A stretch of DNA of 64,000 bases from Zygnema circumcarinatum SAG 698-1b (taxonomy: Eukaryota; Plantae; Zygnematophyceae): assembly GCA_037447605.1 (NCBI GenBank), contig CM074808.1, positions 620,001-684,000 on the forward strand. Direction: 5' to 3'. Positions 58,300 to 64,000 of the stretch are shown here, in pieces. Each line of letters opens with the position of its first letter. The stretch's first letter is position 1. The translations under genes and the position numbers were made by a program. The notes under the pieces were generated by a model that worked only from the letters and a program-made list of their open reading frames with translations, was not told the DNA's origin and searched no databases.

Positions 58300-59955
58300 A
58301 TGGTTGCCTCCTCCTCCGTCTCCCTCTCCGTGCAGGCCCTCTCCCTCCCTCAGCAGAAGCACTTCCCTCCCTCCGCTCCCTTCCCCCTCGCGCTCTCCCC
58401 CACCCGCCACGTCAGCCCTACCCACGCAGACATCCTCCCGCCAATCTCCCTCGCGGGTGATGACCTGGCGTTGAGCGACGTGGCAGCCTGGGTGCGCGCC
58501 AACCGTCCCGGCATAGAGGCCCTGTTGGCGCTCCATGGCGCCGTTCTGCTGCGAGGGTTCTCTGTTCGCAGTCCCGTCGACTTCAACGCTCTGGTGGAGG
58601 CCTTTGGCTGGGAGGAGTTTCCGTATGTGGGCGGCGCCGCCCCCAGAACGAATGTCACAGGGCGCGTGTTCACATCTAACGAGTCGCCGCCGGATCAGAT
58701 TATTCCGTTTCACCATGAGATGGCGCAGGTTGGAACTAGGGTTACTTGTTTAGGGTTTGCGGTTTGTATTTCAGTTTTTAGTTTCCGGTTTTGTGTTGGG
58801 CTTTGGCTTTATGTTGTCAGGTTTCGTTTCGGTGTTGGTTTTGAGTTTTTGGGGGGGTTGCAGTGATGGTGTTTTATTGGTCGTTGGGTTGTTAGGTTTT
58901 TGAGTGTCTTTGGGTTTCGAAATTTGGGGCCCTTAAGGCTACAGAATACGAGGTGCGCTGGTGAAGAGGGATGAGCCAACGGGGGGCAGGACCGCGTTCC
59001 ATTTAAATTATTCTCTAACTCAAACTGCACACCAACCCTTTTCCCTGTTTTCCTACATTCTTGTATGGTGGGCGTTTCACGTTTCAAAATGTTAAAAGGC
59101 ATTTTTTTCTTCTTCTGTTGGAACCGTGCAGGTCCCCGAGTTTCCAAAGAAGCTCTTCTTTTTCTGTGAAGTGGAGCCCGGCCAAGAGGGGGAAACCCCA
59201 ATTTTGCTGAGCCATGTCCTCCTTCAGAAAATGGAAGTGTCTCGCCCTGAGTTTGTGAAGGACCTTCGGGAAAAGGGTCTCGTCTACACGCGTGTCCTCG
59301 GAGAAGGCGACGATCCCACGTCTGCTATTGGCCGAGGCTGGCAGTCAACATTCCTCACAAAGGACAAGGTTGAAGCAGAAAAGAGGTGAGAAGTAAGAGA
59401 AATTCGCCCCTTGTCGGTAAAATGGCCGAAATTGGATACATTGTGACGGCTTCAAAGATTTTGAAGTGAATGCAAGCTTTTCTCAGTGGGGGGTTGTGGT
59501 TTTTAACGTGATTTCTTTTCCTTTTCTTTTTCTTTTTTTTGCTAAACTGTTGTATGTGACTGTTTTTGCGGTTTTGGGGCATGGGCTGTAGGGGGGCGAC
59601 CCTTGGAGTTCGACTGGAATGGCAGCCTGACGGAACTGTAAAAACAGTCACCTCCGTGCTGCCGGCGGTGAGGAAGGACCCTGCCACAGGGCGTGAGGCG
59701 TGGTTCAACAGCATGGCGGCCGCGTACACCGGCTGGAAAGATGCGCGAAACACGCCTGAAAAGGCAGTCACGTTTGGGGACGGAACTCCGTTACCCGCTG
59801 ATGCAGTGCAGGAGACGTTGAAAGTGATGGATGAGATCAGTGTGGCCATTCCGTGGGTTGCGGGAGATGTGCTCCTCATCGACAACAATACCGTTCAACA
59901 TGCAAGGAGGACATTCGTACCCCCTCGCCGGGTTTTGGCGGCTTTAACTAAGTAA
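58300..59955 (+). CDS. TauD/TfdA-family Fe(II)/2-oxoglutarate dioxygenase (clavaminate synthase-like)
   Basis: Exons: 58300-58728, 59132-59385, 59592-59955. Motifs: HGAVLLRGF, YVGGAAPRTNVTGRVFTSNESPP, IPFHHEMAQ (HxE), LFFFCE..GETP, WVAGDVLLIDNNTVQHARR. Confidence 0.95.
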
Positions 59956-60851
59956 TTGCGGGCAATTTCAATCCCTTCTTCCAGTCTGAAGTCTGACATC
60001 TCTCCGGGTCCCTCTCCCGCCCGAAAGGCCGTACAATATGAAAGCAGACTCTGGGCCTGTGTACAGGTTCGCCACCCCCACCTCCCTTTCTCTCCCGTTT
60101 CTTTCTATTTTCACCATTTTTCTTTCACGGGGACTAAGGAGTTTGCAAGTGCGAGTGGAGAGACAACTCTGGCTGTCCGCTTGAAGTTTTCCGATGACTT
60201 TTCGAGCAACGTTTGAGGCGATTGAGAAGTGTGTGTACGATATGGCGAGCAGGAAGCGACCGTTTTCTGATCGGAGGATGCCTGTAATTGGAAGCGTATG
60301 TGCCTGGAGGGTTGTGGGAAGCAGGCATTAGAGCAGGCCATGAACATTGTTCCATCTTGACAATTAATTGTACATTACGGACCAAACCGTGTACCTATGT
60401 CTTTTATCCATGTTTTCATCACATTATGCAGTCTACTCATTACCTTTGCGATGACCTTCAACAGTTCAATCGCCGGTGCAATGAGCCGATAAGCTATACA
60501 TACTTTAACAGAGCACAATCTGGAAAAACTGGTTTTATTGTGATGAATTCTCACAAGTGCAGTTTAATGCCTCTTTCCTGTATACAATCCAGGAAATAAA
60601 CATTGATTTCACCTTTCGTTGAAAATCTAAAGCCGCTCAAATGTTCTTCATTCTCCGTTCAACTAATAGCAAAAAAATTTATCCTTTTTAGAGGAATGAT
60701 CTCAACGTCGAACAATAGATGGACCTTTGTACAAAATGCTGCTTCAACTCCGCTGTAATTTCCCCGTATTCTCGCCCGTCTTCCAAACAGTTTGTGATGA
60801 AGGGAAGTAAAAGATGAAACCTTCCGGGAGGTACCTCAACGAGAAGCAATA

Positions 60852-63800
60852 TCACGACTCACATAATTGCAGTCGAGGGATGATGTTCATCGATTGGAGC
60901 TCCTGCGGGGCACCAAAATAGCCTTCACATGTTACTGAATGCAAAACTAAACGATCCAAGTTCACAAGAGTGGGATAGGCTTCAAATTCAGCAAAAGCCA
61001 GACCCTCTCTCCCTCTCACACATACACTCTCGTTCTCTCCACCTGAAAGGAAAGACAGCTCGGGGTCACACCATGACATCAAGAGGCCAATTTGTCGTAC
61101 TTGCGGTTCCTGCTAAGTTCTGCGTAGGGTTAAGAAACGGGAGTGGGTCTGCCCACCTGGAAGAGCAGCTTGCAGGCGTACGGCAGCTTCATCTCTTGAA
61201 TATGGTCACCGTTCTTGCAGAGGGAGCAGAGGCCCTTTTTGAGGCCGTGGTGGTAGTATCCCATCAGCCCGCACTTCGTGCACACCTGTCGTCCTCCTCC
61301 CCTCCAATCATATCACCCAATGCTTCCAAAGAAACAGGCTTCCAGCAATGGAACCCAAACCCCAAATCCACTTCAAGTCTCCTTTTGTCTCTTTTTCGTT
61401 TTTCTTGGTTGTATCTTTTTGTCTTTCTTTTCTTGTTGAAGGAGAGCTTGTAGTTTGCAACATGACTCACATGCACGATGAATTGGTCGCTAGAGATCAT
61501 GAGTCTCTCGAGGATCATCATGGAGGCCCCATAGGCGATGAGGCAGTCCCGCTCCATCTCCCCCAATCGCAGCCCTCCGTCTCGACTCCTCCCCTCAGTC
61601 GGCTGCCTGGTCAGCACTACTCGGGGCCCCCTCGCTCTCGCATGCATCTTATCGAGAACCTGCAGGCAGCTTCAAGGGCTATTAGAAGCTTAAACAAAGT
61701 TAGGGTTTGTAAAGTTATGGTCTAGAAGCAATCCTCTCCCACTACCATAAAGGGAAACAAATGTTCGAGTCTTATCATTTGGGAACCCTGCAGCTTGCCA
61801 GTAGTTTCTTACCATGTGCTTCAATTTCTGGTAGTACACCGGGCCCATGAAGATATACGACTGCAGGGGCTCCCCTGTGATACCTGCACACTCCAAAGTT
61901 GAACGCACACGCCAGGTGTCACCGCCTCGATGAATGCCGGGATCCTTTTCAGCTCAAAGGTCTACTCAAATGATTCTTGTTTCTGTGTAATCAGCACTTC
62001 CGTTTTTCACATTGCTCAGGAAGTGTAAGACAAAGCCTGAAATATGGGCCAATCTGTTCCCTGTTCTGTAGCTCACCTGAATACAAGAGATCCTTCCCAC
62101 TGTAACTGAATCCGTGCCTGACCAGCGTTTCACTGCAGAAAATTCCACCTCTCATTAATCAATTAAGCACACCTCCCCCCCCTCGCGCGTCCCTCTGCAA
62201 TGTTCAAACGCACAATTTGCTTCCATTCCCAAGAATTTAAGCCCATTCAAGGAAGTAGCTATTCCACCAGCTATAGCAGCCCCTACGGGACCCCAAACAC
62301 ACCTGATAGCTTCAACAGTGTCTGCATGGCCGCTCGGCTCTCCAAACGCACTTCCATAGTGAAACTTTCCGTTGCAAACGCCTGCTTTGCCTCCCAGCAG
62401 CTCTATCATTTTGCCCACCGTCATTCGACTGCAAACCAACACGAAATTCAAGCAGTATGGGTGTCAACCAAGTCACTTTCAAGTCCTTTCACTAACCATG
62501 TCATGGTCAACAACTTGTGGCAACTGGCATGAATGCCGAGAGTTCAAAACAACACTGCCATTCTTGCTTAGCTTCCCAACGTTTCCTGAGGTTAACCAAG
62601 TATGCAAATGCACCACCTTGGAAAGCCGTGCGGGTTCATAATAAGATCTGGGCAGATTCCTCTCTCCGTGAAGGGAAAGTCCTCCTGCTGCACAATGGCA
62701 CCACATACCCCCTTCTGTCCATGGCGGCTGCTGAACTTATCCCCCACCTGGTCGCAGAACAACCCACATATTACACTATGTCAGAAGCAAAACCAGACTG
62801 CACATTTCTCCAGAATCACCCATATAAAAGAGTTCTATCTAACATGCAAGGACACTCCAAATCCCGTATGCACATAAATGTATATACAATCATATCTTAA
62901 AAAGAAAGAAGCCTGTAGCTTACCTCAGGCCTTCGTGTGTGCCTCACAAGACACTTTATAACAAACTGCGATTCGTCATTTGAAGTGAGCAGCACTTTGT
63001 CCACCACACAGGTCTCCCCTGCAGGCCCCTTATAGGTCTGCGGAGTGTTGCGATAAAAGCTGCATGGTATTCAACACCGAATTCGAATCAATTATTGGCT
63101 CGAGTTATTAAACACACAAAACTGCAAATTGAGACACATCGAGAAAAGACAAGATGCTACTATCTGCTGTTATTATTACTTATCGGGCATCGCCTGCGGG
63201 TTGGCGATGGGATCTCGAGTGTTGATGGGGCTTTGCTTGTTCACATATATATCGCCAGGACGGATCATTTCTCCCACAGCGGCAATGCCATCATAGTCCA
63301 GCAGCTGCAATGTGGGGCCAGTTAGAGAGCCCCCTGGCCCTTCAGCGATATTCCAGTCTTAGTATTTGGGATTTATTTACTATCCGAGGTCCGGGTAATC
63401 CAAATTCTTTAGACTGACAAGTTCAGATTAAAACTCTCATAGCAGACACCTCAGAGTCGAAAACTGACAACCCCCTTCGTCTTACTTTCTTTACACAGTA
63501 AAAATTCGCTTCATTTCATAATCTGCTGAATTAAAGATATTGCGAATTGTACTTATATATTTATGCATTGAAGATTGTGCAAAGCACCTGACAGCGCACT
63601 GAAGCTGCTTTTCCCCCCGGCCCCATTGCAGGCGCGACTATGCGGTCCGATGCACGGTTTGCATACTTCTTTATGTTCGTCGCATATCTGCATTGCCCAC
63701 ATAATCAACTTAGAAAAGCAATGCTCAATAGTCTGATATTCAAGCCATCAAAACATTGACCTAGCCATGCAGACTCCTTATTTTTCGCAGTTGTGAGTAT

Positions 63801-64000
63801 TTGGTGGTAGTAGGAGTTCCAAGGATCATTGCAAGCACCTTCGAATAACAATGCAGCGTCCTAAACCCCGATCTAAGGAGGATTTGTTCCAAATACTCGC
63901 ATCTTCAATGTCATAACCGCTATAACCCATCACAGCAACAGTTGCATTTTGGCCCGCTCCCAATTGATCAAAACCCACCTGTAAAAAAGGGCAACGGCCT
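60852..64000 (-). CDS. NRPC2: RNA polymerase III second-largest subunit, 3' portion (gene continues beyond the window)
   Basis: [46 protein letters not shown]|[27 protein letters not shown] (RPC2-type), [62 protein letters not shown]. Confidence 0.95.

Overview
Gene-dense, intron-rich eukaryotic nuclear DNA with GT-AG introns and many (CT)n/(CCCT)n/(GA)n tracts. The gene content (plant-type GH10 xylanase, PA-domain subtilase, LEA_2, plant-like NDUFB3 and isochorismatase) points to a green plant lineage, probably a streptophyte alga; this is inference. Manual splicing supports about 15 protein genes, in order: partial extensin-like HRGP (+), 3xCBM-GH10 xylanase (+), subtilase (+), FkbM methyltransferase (-), NDUFB3 (+), isochorismatase/nicotinamidase (+), SET/LSMT-like methyltransferase (+), carotenoid cleavage oxygenase (+), KRR1 (+), LEA_2 protein (-), unknown tandem saposin-like protein (+), Pro/His-rich SAM protein (+), amino-acid transporter (-), TauD dioxygenase (+), and the 3' part of Pol III NRPC2 (-). 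Non-coding features include a hAT MITE with an 8-bp TSD, a Tc1/mariner-pogo MITE with perfect 28-bp TIRs, a 90-bp higher-order palindromic repeat array, and a 3-copy promoter-proximal hairpin element. The best novelty candidates are an apparently shared or bicistronic NDUFB3-nicotinamidase transcription unit, the duplicated saposin-like protein whose two repeats share intron positions, and the higher-order repeat element. Exon boundaries were read by eye, and no database searches were run.
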